From contig NW_005434650.1 in assembly GCF_000315625.1 (NCBI RefSeq), positions 571,069-635,068 on the forward strand: DNA of 64,000 nt. Direction: 5' to 3'. The notes below the pieces were generated by a model, which was not told the DNA's origin, searched no databases, and saw only the letters and a program-made list of their open reading frames with translations. Origin of the DNA: Guillardia theta CCMP2712 (Eukaryota; Protista; Cryptophyta). Shown here in pieces: positions 11,501 to 26,500 of this stretch; position 1 is the stretch's first letter, and each line of letters opens with the position of its first letter. The position numbers were made by a program, and so were the translations under genes.

Positions 11501-14500
11501 AGCGAGGTGGTATGCATCCCTCCTGTGTGGGACAACAGCACCTTGTGGCCGTATGCTGCGTTCCCCGTCAACCTGAGCATTGTTGTGATGTCAGGGTCAG
11601 AATGGGGCATCGTTCCCTTCCGATCGCCTCTGCTCTCGCCTTCCTGCAATCAGCAGATGCTTCTACTGGAGGCGACAACCGCGGATGCCGTCCACATCAA
11701 CAAGCCTCCTCAGTTCTACACCAAGGGCAACATCTTTGTGCCGGCCGACTCGTCCTACGTGATCATGACGACTGAATGGATCGAGTACCTCTCGGCAGGG
11801 AACACCTATGACGGGAGGAGGGTGGACTACGTGGAGTCGCCTCAGTCCCTCACGTTCTCAGTGCAGTTGACGACCAACGAACAGAAGCTGTTCACGCTGC
11901 CTCCCTCCATCACCAGCAACGGCACCCTCCAGTTCAGGACCAAGTACCTGGCGTCAGGCAGAGCTGAGATCTTGGTTCAGCTCAAGGACAACGGAGGTAC
12001 AGAGTTTGGAGGGGGCGATCTCTCCAGCCTCAAGAGGTTCTTTGTCTCCCTGATCCCTCAGATCGACATTCCGACATTCCAGTTCGGAGGCAAGATCGTG
12101 GTCCTCGAGGCGGAGAGCTCGGAGGCGAACTCCAACTTCTTCTACCGCATCATGACTGACCTGATTCACGGGCCCTATGAGTTCTTCCAGCAGATGACCT
12201 TCAAGCTGGTCCCCGAGGAGAACGAGTACCTGTTCGACCTCACCATCACTAACAACTTCGACTTCGGGTCCGGCCTGAACCTATTCTTCAGAACGCGAAA
12301 CTTCACCTTCGGCAACACCAGCGTTGAGATCGTCCTCAACAGCTTCGACTTGATCACAAGGCAGTCCAGCTCCCTCAACAAGACATTCGAGGTTATCATC
12401 ATCCCCGTCAACACTCCACCTTCCTTCCAGCTCGCCGTCGACCTGATCACTGTCAACCAATCCTCTTCTCGATCGTGCCATCAGTTGGCCCATCAGATCT
12501 TTAAAGGGCCCACCACCTTGTCCTCCCTTGTAGGCCCGAAGGGAGAGGATTGGTTTGAGAGCGCGCAGGATCTCACGTTCAAGATCAGTGGAGGAGGAGG
12601 AGGAGGAGGCGATTGCTTTGCCGACCTGCTGGAAAACGTGTCCATCTCCAACGATGGGATACTCTGCTTCACCCCGGTGCCCCGCATCGTCGGCCATGCG
12701 ACATGCTCGCTGACCTTGTATGACAACGGAGGGACCTTGAACGGAGGGAAGAACGTCTCGGGCACGCTGGACTTTACCGTTGAGGTCGTCCCTGTCAACG
12801 ACGAGCCGTTCTTCAGCTTCAATGAGGTTGCCTGCGAGCATGCATCTCAGTATGCCTGCCAGGTGAACGACAGTTACTTCGAGGTCCGGGTGCCTTCGAC
12901 CTTCCTAGGAGAGTGCTCGAGCCCTGTCTGCCAGGGCTGCGACTTTCCGATCCTGATCTCCAACTTTGCCAAGAACGTCACGGCCAGCAGGCAGTATTTG
13001 TACAACGAGCGGAATCAGCAGTTGACCTTTGACATCGTCCCTGAGTCGAACGTGTCGCTCCTTTACAGCAACCTTTCCATAACCCTGGAGACCATCTTTC
13101 TATGCATGAACAAGGACGTCCTCGGATCGGAGAACTTTGGGATCTCCCTGTGGGACGACGGAGGTTCGTCCAACGGCGGGGTCAACAACTTTGGGCCCCT
13201 TCTCTTCCGGATGACAGTGTACCTTGTCAATTCAAGACCGACCTTCGACCGTTGTGACAACGGAAGTTTGACCTTCTGGCAAGGAAGCGGGGGGCACATG
13301 ATCCCCTCGTTCATCTACAACATTGACAACGGAATCGGAAAGCTGAATGACGTCATCGAGGCTGACCAGATCGTAACCTTCACTACCTTCCCATATTTTG
13401 ACCTGCCAGGTTTGATTCAAGATCCACTGATCTACCGGAACGGGACGCTAAGCGTATCCATCGGAGCTTCCATCAACGAGAAAAACTTCTCCTTCGAAAT
13501 AAAAGCGCAGGACAACGGAGGGACTGAGGGAGGTGGGGAAGACACCACAACGTCGAACATGATGATCTACGTGGCCAAATCGTATCGGATCGTACAAGTC
13601 CACCTCGATCCAGGCGTCGACTGTCTGCACTTGGAGGAACAGCTGAAACATGCTCTGCTTCCTGAGGATAACATCGTAGATGTCCGCGTCAGCCAGTGCT
13701 CTACCGGTAGCGAATGTGACGATACCGTCAGGAGTGACCTGCTCGTCGACCTTGAAGGTCTTTCTGCAAGCAATAGAAACGTGGTCTTCATATCGACTGA
13801 CTGTAACCCGTCGCTGCATCTGGACCTACAGGGTTTCTTTGGGCTCAACTTCAACAGCAAGACTTTCAACAGGAACTCTGCACGCGTCCCTTCGTTCTCA
13901 CTGGCTCGCGAGACTTACTGGACGTACGAATACGGTGAGCTCGCCCTGCAGGATGCTTGTAGCACCTCCGATTACTTGCAAGTTCAGCTCGACGACACGC
14001 ACATGAGCCTAACCCTGAAAGATTTCATCAATGACATCATTGGGCCAATCAATGTTGACATCGGATCCACGGGAAAGCTCGAGTTATACTTTGATATCAC
14101 ACCGACGGAGATCGTGGTGAATGATGCCTCCTACATGAATAGCAACGACACTTTCTTTGCAAACACAAGCAGATCGGTAACTGCCTTCTGCCCCATAGAG
14201 AGCAATTGCTACGACAACTCTTTCTTTGTGAACTGTTCGATTGAAGTTTTTCTTGGGAAGGCACAGAAATTCTTGAATGGGCACGTCGTGTATAATATAT
14301 CAATGCGGAATTCAGATCAAAAAGCTGTCTTCACAGTAACAATTAACCCTGTCAACCAAGAACCTCGTTACACAATGGTAAAGACGAGCATCGAGCTGGA
14401 AGAGAATGTTACTCTTGTTTCGAGTCAATATGAGTTTGCTAGTGACGTGTTATCCGGGCCTCCGGTCTACGACGAGCTCCAGCAGCATCTGACATTCCAC

Positions 14501-17500
14501 CTGGAGACACTGACGGGCTCGTGGCTGTTTGTAAGCCCCCCGACTATTCTGATTGCTTCGCAGAAAGCATACATCAACTTCTCTGTGGTGCCGTTCTTGA
14601 ATGGTAATGCAAGCTTCGTCCTGACCTTGTACGATGACGGCGGCTACATGTGCGGAAGGAACGTCTCCACTAGCAGCAGTCTTTCAGTGACTGTCCATCC
14701 TGTCAATCAAGTCCCTTTCTTCGAACTCAGCTGCTCTTCTCTCTCTGCTTCAGAATGTGTCAACACCTGCGGACAGAACAGCTGGCCCGATTTCTCCTCG
14801 TGCTCCTATAATATGAAACTCTTACAAAACTGCTTGACCTGCTCCCCGGCTCCCATGTCAGTGAACTGTTCTGCTGGCAAAGTCCCCTTCTACCTGCCGT
14901 CCTTCGCAATCAACATCAGGCCTACCGGCTACATGAGTACCTCGACAGATCGGGAGATCGCAGCCATTGAAGACGAGAGCGATCAGTCGGTGTCGTTCTA
15001 TGTCCCACCTGCTGGCCCTGCTGATTTGATCTCGAGTCTCGCCCTCGACAGCAATGGCAACCTGTCGTTCTGTCTTCAGGAGAACTCCGTCGGCTCGACA
15101 TCCTTTGCTATCGAGCTGCATGACTCTTTGGGCGGTGTCTACGGGACTGCGAACCTGACTGTTGATGTGCAACGTGTCAACCAACGACCGTCATTCTCCC
15201 TTTGCAATGGAGGGATCGTGAACGTGTGGAGGGGCATCACCTATCATCAAGTGCCGAAGTTTGCCGACAACATCCTGAAGGGGGATTATTACAATGGGAA
15301 TGATGTTGAAAATTTTCAGCTCATCACTTTTGTCGTCACTCAGTTCAGTGATCTCTCAATCATCAACACGACAACGGTAACAGTGACGTCAGAGGGCACG
15401 TTATCGTTCGAGGTCCTGCCGGACGCGTTCGGCACCGTCACGATGATCGTCCATGCTGTGGACAACGGAGGGACACAGAACGAAGGGGTTGACACGTCAA
15501 TTGCACACACAATTCAGATATCTGTCATCGGATTTTACGCTCAACTGACAAGAGCTGTGCAGGGAGCTTGCCCTGAGGTTGAGATGCTTACAAACAACTT
15601 GCCGTTGAACTTGAGCTTCGTGTATGGTGGAGGAAATGACGTGCAGGAAGTCAACTTGGCCCCTGTGTGCGAGGGCAATCAGCACGTGTACTACAATGCA
15701 TCGGACTGTAAGTTCATCTACATCATGATGCCTTACACCGAGATCAGTGCCGACTTCCGTCAGAAGGTCAAGAGTTGGGCAACAGAGTATGGATGGACGG
15801 TCTCGTACTTCGATTATAGTGACAGCAGAACCTCCTCTTTTCAAACGAATCAGAACTACACATCCTGTGAGTACGGGACTGACTTGACTGTCGACATTCT
15901 GTCCTGTCAGATCTCCGAGTACGTCAACGTTACCTATGACGGCACTGATCAGACGATGTCTATTGTTGTTTTGAATGTTGTTTCCAATGTAGTTGGCCCT
16001 AAGAGTGTTTTGGTCAATGATATGGACCAACTTCAGCTGTCATTCCAAGTCTCGACCATGTCTCAGTACGTCTTCGACTATCAAGCTGACATACGAGCAA
16101 GTGACTCGACCTTGATCACCGGCGGCGAGGGTCACTTTGACATCACTTGCGATCAGCAGCTAGAAGGCTCGCGGATGGTTGTGGTTAAGTGCACCCATGG
16201 GAGTGTTCTCCTGGGGAAGGTTGAAAAATACCTCAACGGCCGGATGAAATTCCAGGTCAACATGGACGGGACAGAGAGTCGAGCGGAGTTCGAGCTTGAC
16301 ATCCGCCCGATCAATCAGCAACCAAACTTTGAGATCTCAAGGCAGCTCATCGACGTTTACTCCTCAGATCCTGATCACTACATCTATGACTTTGCCTTCG
16401 GAATCTCGCCAGCGCCTGAGGTGACCACTCAATCCGAAAAGTGCATCCAGGACGAGTACAAACAGAATGTCATCTTCAAGATTGCCACCATTGACATTTT
16501 TGGCGACATCTTCTCTATCTTTCCCTCCATCGTAACTCAGGGGAACAAGGGGGCTTGCAGCGACTTCTACTATCCCAACGGAACTCTGACCTTCTCACTC
16601 AACAAAGGGCAGCAAGGTAACGCGACGCTGCAAATATCCGCCAGCGACTGCTACGACAGCTCGGCGAACTGTAATCCCCAGGGGTTTCATCGAGCAAACT
16701 TCACCATCGTAGTTCAGCCCGTGCCAAGGCCAACATGCTTCCAGCTGAGCTCGAGCGTCTACCAGGCACAGCAGTCAGACTCGGCGCAGGTCTTCTGGAT
16801 CCACGGGCTGCTCAAGGACGAGTATGGTACTCACCAGTCAAGTAGCGCAACCTTCGAGGTTCAGGGCTACGACCAGGGAGCGATCTCAGACGCGCACTTC
16901 TACCCCAACGGCAGCCTCATGCTGGCAGTAAGCAAGTACACCTTCGGCAAGTTCCCCATGGTGATCCGACTCGACGACCCAGCGAATGTGGGGCAAGAAG
17001 GGGGCGATTGCTTCCTACGGAACTTCAGCCTTGACATTGCCAAAGAGAACTTTCCGCCCTACTTCTATCTGTCGACTCCAGTGATCCAGATATGTGAGAA
17101 CCACAACTACAGCCAGCAGATTCTGGTGGATATCGCCACGTCGAAGGATTCAGAGGCAAGGGATGGTCCACAGAACATGACTTTCTGCGTTGTGGCGCTG
17201 GGTGAAGAAATGAATATCTTCCAACTCGGCCCATCTGCTGGGGTAGATGGAATTTTCTCATTTCAGCCGATACCGAATCACTTCGGCCATCGCGCGTTCA
17301 ACATCACGCTGATAGACGAGGGCACATGTCAGGATTACAAGTCGGCCAGCGCTACCTACCAGCTGGACATCTACATCACGGCCAACAACGACCCTCCTTC
17401 CTTCCAGCTGTCAAGTGGTCTACTGCTAGTCAACGAGTCGTCGATCGAGGGATACTTGGTTGAGGTAGAGCAGTTCGCGGTGAACATCTTGAAAGGTCTT

Positions 17501-20500
17501 GACCTGCCATACCCCTTCGGAGATCAGGACCAGAACGTCTCGTTCCACATGATCGTCAAGGACGTGTCAGTTCCCGCAAGGTACCACATCTCCTACGGAA
17601 CTGTCGACACCTTGCTGCTGGACAACAGCTGGCACATCAGGCCGAATGGGGCCCTGGAGTTTCAGCTGCACCAGTATGTCAACGGCAAGGCAGAGTTCGA
17701 GGTCTACATGGAGGATGACGGAAGCCTCGCTTGCGGGGGGGCGAGGCAGGCTCAGCAGAACTTCACCTTCCTGCTGGAGGTCCTGCCGGTGAACCAGAAC
17801 CCGAGGTTTGAGTTCTCTCCCTCCTCCGTGCAGCAGGGCGGCGAGATCCCCGTGCTGTGGCTTCTCGAGTCGAGCCAAGACATTGTGAGGGAGGAGGGGA
17901 GGAACCTGCTGGTCAACGTCACATCTGGCGAATGGGACGAGGGCGACCAGGGCCTGATCTTCCAGGTAGACCTTGTGGTCGCGCCTGATGATGAGATAGG
18001 AGCTGATGATGTTTCTTCTCAGGTCGAGTTCGTGTCCGGCGATCCGGATCTGCTCTTGGGCCCGCAAGTCGTGCTGAACTTGAGAGGTTTCGGCTGCAGC
18101 TTTGCTTCTGCTAGGCTTTGCTACTCCTCTGCGGATTTTCTTTTCAGGACGGACAGGTGATTGAATCCTCCTCCGACCTTCTCTGCCTCTTCTCATTGTC
18201 TTCAACCCTCTTCCATCCCCAACTCCTTGATCTCCATCTCTTCCAATCGCTGATCATCTTTGCATTTCAGCCATCGTTTCGGATCGAGCCTCTACAACTT
18301 CGTTCTGAGAGACACGGGGTCTTATGCGGGGCCGAACCGAGGAGAGACGAGGAAGCTGCTGATGGTGAACGTTGTGCCTGTCAACGACGAGCCTCGCTTC
18401 ACCATGACTGAACATCTCCTGAACATCCGGATGGGTGAAAACTGCAACCTACAAGCTTCCCAGGCGATGATGTACAACCTAACGATCAGTTCCATCAGCA
18501 ACAACAGCGAAGTCTTCAACTTGACTACTCTAGCTGACCTGTTAGTCTTTCCGACGGCCTCGTCATCGCAGCAGGACTTGTACCGAACTATCTCGGACAC
18601 TCTGAGCACGTTTACAGGGAAGAAGATGTCCGTGAGCCTCAGGGCTCCCTGCGTCTCGGGTCCGTCAGACTTATCTGCCCTGATGAACATCACTTGCTTC
18701 CTGTACGTTGAAGGCTGTCGGGATGCCGCTGACCACCTGGCCGTACGGAGCCAGCTGCAGACATCGATTGCTGGACTTATAAGTCTGAGGGACTCAAACT
18801 CGACCCTACCTGTCTCGGTCTCCGACGGGACATTCGCGTGCCTTTTGGACCGCAACATCTTCGTGGTCCCGAACTTCATCACCAAGTTCACCGTTGGCCC
18901 GTTCGAGGGCTACAACCACGACAAGAGCACAAGGAGAAGCTACGAAAACCAGACGGGCTCCTTCGAGTTTGCTAACGTCAACGGTGCCCAACAAGAAACT
19001 CCCGTCATCCCTCGCGTCCTCCTGCCCTGCGGGTCCCTCGTCTTAGAGGTGACCAACTCTTCCATGAGCAGCACAAACTTCTCCATCACCCTCGTGGACT
19101 CTCATGCTGACGACGGAACCACCCAGCGCTCCCAGACTGAGCACTTCGTCGTCCAGATCCTCCCCTACGTCAAGCTTCCCAGCTTCGACCTGCGTGTGCA
19201 GGAGTTGACGATGTTTGAAGGGTCTGGAGAATTCTTCAACAATTCTGTGGCATACAACATACTCTCTGGATCAGGTAACTGGGAGAACACGACCTTCAAC
19301 ATTGTAGTGCAGTATCCAAGCATGTTTGCTGTGCTACCAACGATGACGCTGGATGGATCCTTGAATTTCACTCTCTCGCCATATCAACATGGGACAACAA
19401 CGCTGAGCATAACCTTGCTGAGTGTCTTCCATGACTACAAGACCTCGGTGATCACCTCGGCGGTCAAGGTGATAGTGTTGAAAGTGCTGCCGGTAAATCA
19501 GAAGCCCACTTTCATAGTGCGGGACGTGTTCATTGTGAAGAACTGTCCGGTGCAGGCAGATGAAGCATGTCAGAACAGGTTCCACATCGTAGAGAACTTG
19601 GTGTCGCAGCTAGTGGTGGACATGCCGAACAAAGTTTGCAACTCTCAGGGCGTCTTCTGCGACAACCAGAATGTCACCTTCTTCATTGATGACGTCACTA
19701 ACCCCTCGTTGTTCAATCTTCAGCCAGTGGTTCATGCCAACGGTTCGCTGGTCTTCAGCGTCAATCCTGACCTGACCGGCGAGTCTTTGGTGATGCTGCA
19801 CGCGACGGACGACGGGCCCATGAACAGCGACCCGATGTTTGCAGGAGACAACACGTCCACTCGACACTCCTTCAAGATCCTCATCGATACCATCGACTAC
19901 CCGCCGACCTTCGCCCTTCAGCGGAACGTCTCATGTGGAAACCTGAACGCGACGAGGAACGAGACTTGTACCTGCCCGACCCTCGAGAATTCAACCATGA
20001 GCTATCAGGTCTGCTCGGTACCCATGAACATCCTTCGTAACGATTCAGTCAACGTCGAGATTCTCCAGGGAGCTGGTCTCCTGCGGATTGACAACTTCGC
20101 CTCCTACGTCTCTCCTGCCGAAGGGTTCTTTGCGAGACATAGATCGATCTTCGGGTTCCCAAAGCCTCCGGCCAGTCTCGTGACGTCAGCCGTGAACTTC
20201 ACGGTCCAGAGGAGCGACCCTGTGGCAGCGATCGGAGGGCTGGGCAAGTATTACACAGACTATGTCGTCTCACCTGACAAGAAACACATTTATGCCGTCC
20301 AGAGGGACACAAACTCTGTCTCCATCGCGCAGATTCAGAATCAAAACATCTCGCAGACAGCGTTCCTGGACAGAAGGTCCGACGGCGAGGACAGGTTGAG
20401 ATTCCGAGGCTTCACCCAGTACGCTAAGAACGACAGTGACATCATCACATACAACCTGACCGACCTCTGCCACTTGTCGTCGGTAGTTGTCGATCACAGG

Positions 20501-23500
20501 CCCTACATCATGAACTCGGCAGGATGTCAGTACATTCCAGAACCTGCGCCTGTTCCCTCGGACTGCCCCATCGACAAGCTGACTGTCCTTTGCGACATCA
20601 ACTGCTGCAACGAACTTCTGCTGCAGACTGTCGGAAACTGGGTCTTCGAGTCTGCTAGCCTCTATGGTGAGCAGTCCGTCCAGAAATCCCTGTCGAGCCT
20701 CGGCAATCTGACGTGCAACTCCAGCATGTGTGTGTACTCCAGGAACAGACTGCAATCAAACTGCGATGAGAGATATGACACAGTCTACGGACCCGCCACC
20801 TTCCGCGACTCGTCGGGGGTGTTGGGAGCGGCTCTGGTGCTCGGGGCAGGCCTGAGTTGCAAGTCTGACGTGTATGCTGACTGGGACCGGACGCCACAAG
20901 CGAGCATGTCGCCACTCAACTTCATCTCCAACAACGGCGTGAAGGAGTCGATTCAACTGAACATGTTGAACCCAAGGTTGGTAGTGTCCGGGGACACGAC
21001 CACTGTAGCAAGTGTGCTGCAGAAGCAACTGGCCGTCTCAATTTGGTTCACGATCGAGAAAGACACGGTCGAGTCGGGGCTGGTGAGCGCGGGATACTTT
21101 GCTACATGCGTGAAGGGCTGGACGATCTCATATTCAAGAAGCTCTACCAGTACCTCCTTCTACTTCAACTTCACCGCCAGCAGCAGCATCCAGAGGAAGA
21201 TCTTAAACACTTACCGCAGGACCCCGACGCTGGAACTCGGCAGCTGGGCTCACCTGGTGGTGTCCTACAACGGGACGGGAGTTGACTTCTACCTCAACGG
21301 AAACCTCGTCCAGTCAAGGATCGCCTGCCCAGCTGACTGTGGGGTCCTCAAGTACACTTCCGACGCACCTCAGTGCAAGTTTGACAACCCGTTCTTGCTG
21401 GGGGACCTGGGAGTTACCAGCAACCCTCAGCAGCACACGGGGATGGTAAGAAGTGTCAGGATCTTCAAACGAGCCCTGGTTGCCAGCGAGGTTGACTTCC
21501 TCTACAAGCTGGAGAACTTGACAACAACTGTGCTGCTTGACAACTACTGGGTCCACGGAACCGGAAGGGTAGTCAACAAGACCATCCTTGGGGCGATATC
21601 GCCTAGTGGGGACTTTGCAAACACGAATGAGTCGACGAGCATCATGTTGCACGGGAGGTTCAGCAAGGGCTTCGGGTACCGCTGTGAGTTCATCACTGCA
21701 GGGCAGACGGGCGTGTCCAACATCTCCTACCCCATCTGTGATGACCCTCTCTACTGCAGCTACCTCATCTGCCTGGACATATTCTGGCCTTCGGGGATGA
21801 GAGCGACTACGATGCGACTGATCCGACGGAACATGACGAGGGGAACAGAGGCGACGGTCTTGCAGCGCTTCTGCTTCGATGAGAGCTGCGGTTACATCCC
21901 TCCTGACCAGCGGAATGTCAGCGACTGGTGGATGATAGTAACGGAGGACGGGTCCACGAAGCTCGACACAGGCTGCACGGGAGTTCTCACAACCTTCCGC
22001 TTCATCATCCGGTCGGAGATCCAGAGGCTCGACGTGACGTCCAAGGCCGTCAGCCGGGTCAAATCTCTATCGCCGCTGATAGTGACTCAGGACTTCAAGT
22101 TTGACACCTACGCCGTCAACGTTTCTAGCCGCGCCATCATCGAAACAAACCTCACGTCAAGGAACTTCACCATCAACGTCGGCCTGTGGAACCGGACGGT
22201 CTGCCCGTCGGGCACACTGACTGTCATCAACACGTCCGTCTCCATCCTGCCGTACTTCCATGACTTCTGCAACAGCACCAACAGCACGTGCAAGGGAGGG
22301 ATCTGTACTTACTTCAACAACCTTACCGTCCTCGGTGTCTCCTCCATCACCCCCTTCGAGTTCTCCGGTCAGACCTACCTGATGGTGGCCAACTACTGGG
22401 ACGGGAAGAGCACCTCAGTCTTCTCCCCGCTCCTGCACATTACTGTCAGCGGCACCTCGGGGGATGTTGGACTAGTCCATGTGCAGTCAGTATTCACCAG
22501 CGGGGCCAGGAAGTGGTTGTACGTGGATGTGAACTCTCGATCCGACGACAGCAGGCCGCTGCTGATCCTGACGTCCTTCGTTGACAACTCAGCTGGCTAC
22601 CTCTTGAACTCCTCGAGCGGACTTCCCTTGCAAGCTTCTGACCCTATCCCGTTCCCAGTGTGGTCCTCCGCGTCTTCCTGCTCCTTTGAGATCTTCAACG
22701 TCTCCTACGTGGCTTTTGCCTCCTTCACGAGCAACCAGGACTCTACCATCTTCGCCCTCGGCGTCCCGAAGAACTCGACATTCAGCTACTTCGGCGACCG
22801 GCTGGTCCCTCACGATCGGGAGTTTGCCAACAGGCGGGTGACTGCGAAGAAGGTCCTGTCTTTCACAACCACCAACGCCTTTGACGTGGTACATCTCACC
22901 GCCGACAACCGCAACTTCGTCATGTTCGCCAGCTTCATGCTCAACGGGGCCTCGCAGATCTTCGAGCTCAAGGGCTCCGGAATGATCTCGTCCGCTGACC
23001 TCCTGCAGTCTCTGAATGTTCCCTATGCCACGTCCTTGCGCGCCTTCACCTACAGCGTCACCTACATCATGGTGGGAAGCGCATCGAGATTGACAGAAAT
23101 GTATCGGTGGAACGGGACTCAGTTCAACGGCGCTCTGTCCGCCAACACACCTGCCTCTGGATCGTCAGGAGGACAACAGATCCCGTTTGCGAATGTTTCC
23201 TCGATTGACCTCGTGCAGTGGCCGAGCTCGGACGGGCTTCATACCTGCAACAACCAGGTCGCCTTGTTGTTTGTCGGGCTTCGATCGTTCGACCCGAATG
23301 TCTCGGCCAGCGTGAAGATACTGAGGGGATGGAGGGAGTGTGTGTCAGAAATGCGCAGGCCAGTCGCTATCGACATCCTCCCTACTGGCAACTTCGTCTA
23401 CATCGCATCTGCAGAGTCTCGCTCGATCTCCGTCTTCTGGCGTGACCCTGCCGTCGGACATCTGATCTACAGCAGCAGCGCCTCGTTCACCTCAGGATAC

Positions 23501-26500
23501 TCAGCTCTGATGCAGCAGATCTCCACCAACGTGATCACCAAGGACAAGCTGCTGAGCAAAACCGACTTCGGATTCCCTTTCCGCTCCATCCGGTCGATCC
23601 AGGTGAGCGCGGATGCTCAGAATCTCTACGTGACGAGCTTCAACGACAATGCGATCACCGTGTTCAACGTCGACCAGACGACTGGCGGACTGACTCGCGT
23701 GCAGACGCTGAGTGAGGGGCAGAGCATTGCTGGGACTGTGACGAAGGGAATCAAAGGGGCGACGGGGCTGCACATTGCCAACCTGGTGTATGTGACAGGA
23801 TGGTTGGACGATGCTGTGAGTGTGTTCAACAGGAACTCGAACGGAGAGCTGGGGTTCTGCGATGCGACATACAACGGAGAAGTGAACTTCCTGTCTTTCA
23901 ACGTGTCTTCACCCAACACTCTGATCCCGATCAAAGCGCTGACCACGACCCAGTCATTCCAGGAGGGGAGCTTCTACCCGAAGAGGATCGGAAGTTTCAG
24001 CAACAACTGGGCTCTGACTGCCCGAGCTACGAGGCACTTTCAGATCGACCAGGTCGACTACCTCGCTGTTGCCTCTAGCGATGGTGAGACGGGCGTCGGA
24101 ACCGTCACGGTCCACCGTTGGAGCTCTTCCTCCACCAAGTTTGTCCTGCTCCAGACTCTCTCCGGCAACCAGGCGGCCCATTCAGTCACCTACTTCAACA
24201 TCAGCGACCGTGCCGGGCATGTCCTGCACTACCTCGCCGTCTCCAACTCCATGACTTCAACTTGCAACCGTCAGTCAAACGGGGTCAACATCTTCTCTTG
24301 GAACCAGGGCCAGCAGCTGTTCGAACTTTTCCAAAACCTTCAGAACACTGATCCAGCCCGCGAATCCCTAACGGGGGCCGTGCACGCTGAATTCTTCACC
24401 TTGAAGGGAGACGTGCACTACCTGGCTGTGGCGTACTATGACGATTGCTATAGAAACTCCACAGTTGAGTCCGTCATCTACCGCTGGAACCCCTATGGGT
24501 GGATGCGGCAGACCAGCGAGACGGCGATGACCTGGACCCCTGGCTTCGAGCCCTTCCAGAGGGTCCAGACGTTTGGAGCCGTTTGGATCGAATTCCAAGA
24601 TCCAGTCCTGGTGATCTCCAACTTCTATGACGGGCATTCTTGCTCGTTTGACAACGTCGACGTGTACGTATTCAACAAGGATCTGTACAACGACATGCTG
24701 CGAAGTCCAGCTGGATCGTTCGAGATACGGCAGAAGATAGCTGGACATGGGACCACGGGGACCAAGATCTTCAACCTGGAGGGGGTCGGCATGCTGATGG
24801 CTGTCGCAAACAGGCAAGCCGATCTCTACAGGATGGACGACATGAGTGTGTTCGATGTGGATCCTGTGATCTACATATGGAATGACACTTGTGTGAACCA
24901 ATGGACTGAGAATCGCCCGTCGGGATGCTTTCTCTTGTATCAGACCCTGCAGTTCCAGTCTTCCATGGGCAACGTCACCATCCCCGACAGCCTCTACACA
25001 ACAGCAGCCTCCTCCGGCTCTTCCATCTTCAACGAGTTCCGTGCCAACATGACGGCAAGGTACTGCATGGAAAATGCCTGCACGACGTCGGACGACGGGG
25101 CGACGAAGGTAGTCAACCATGTCCGGGGAGCAACGAGAGTTCACTTCTTCGAGGAGGGAGGCAACGTGTTCCTGGCTGTTGCCCAGTCAGTCTGCAACTT
25201 CAGTTCCTCCAGAGCTGCCTGCATCGGGGAGATGGGGATGAACGGGGCTGTTCCGCAGTCCAAGTCTTCCATCTTCCAGTGGGAGGCGAGGACGAGAAAG
25301 TTTGTGGAGATGCTCGCGATCAACCAGGAGGATGCCAAGTACCCACGGCATCATCAGTACGCTATGAGAGTTGACGTGGGTCAGGCTCTCAACATCGAAG
25401 ACTTCGTCATCGGCGGTCAACACTTCCTGGTCTTCTCCAGCCATACCCACGGAGCGCTACTCTTTCTATGGCGCTTCGAGCTGGTCAACGGGATGACTGG
25501 GCCCGTCGGTGTCACCACGGCCGATACCGACGCAATGTCAACCATCTTCGTGCTGAACGAGCTAGAGCACTCGCTCGTCACTTTCGACATCGCCAGCGTC
25601 TACGACGGTCTTGGCCACCGACAGAGTCTGTGCGACAACGTGGGCTTCAAGTTCCGGGGAACGCAGGTCGAGCAGCTGCTGACCAAGAGCGGGCAGGCGG
25701 TGGATCCGAGCAAGAAGTCAGCGATGGGGCTGAATGGAGCAAGGAAGATCATTTCCTCCTGCCTGGGGTCAAACTCTTCTAGAAACATCTTCTGGTTGTT
25801 CCAGACTGCCGACTCAGCATTCAACAACATGTGCAAGGTCACAGTCCTGGCCGGGCCGAGACGGGACGAGGAGGTCTGTTCTTCTATAGGGACGGCGATC
25901 AGCAAGGCCGGGGAGGCTGTTCCCTGCCAGTCAGTGAGCTTCCTCGTAACGCAGTTGTCCGCTGACCCCCCCCAATTTGTCCTGCCCAACCTCACGCTGC
26001 ATATCAACGGGACCCTCTCGCTCCTCGCTCCCAGCATCAGCGGCTCCGCGAGCTTCAAGGTGGAGCTCTTGGACGACGGGCTGTCAACCAGCTACGAGGG
26101 GAGGCGGTTAGGAGACGATCGATCCTCGCCGAGGTACTTTAACCTGGTCGCCATCCCCACCACCTCCGTCCCCTTCTTCGTCCCCTTCGACGTCTTCTGC
26201 AACCAGGGCACAGGAACACAGTCCCTCGTGTTCGCTTCTGACCTCTCCTTCGGTGCTGCCGGCAGTTTCATCTCGGACATGTACTGGGAGTTCACCTGGT
26301 CCAGGGCAACCTTTCTACAGACCCAGCCACTGCTCTCGGTCGAGCTGGTTGAGGGCATTCCCATGGGTATCGTCAGAGTCACCCCTACCGCCGACGGCTT
26401 CGGGAGCACAGTCTTCACCGTTCGCCTCGTGAACAGGTACTCCCTGACGCTGAAACGCGGCAGCTTCGCCTCTGTCTACAAGAACTTCACGCTGACCGTC

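Noticed and set aside
18158-18260. Stop-codon readthrough or two separate giant genes
   Set aside because: A canonical in-frame GT-AG intron with branch site explains the break
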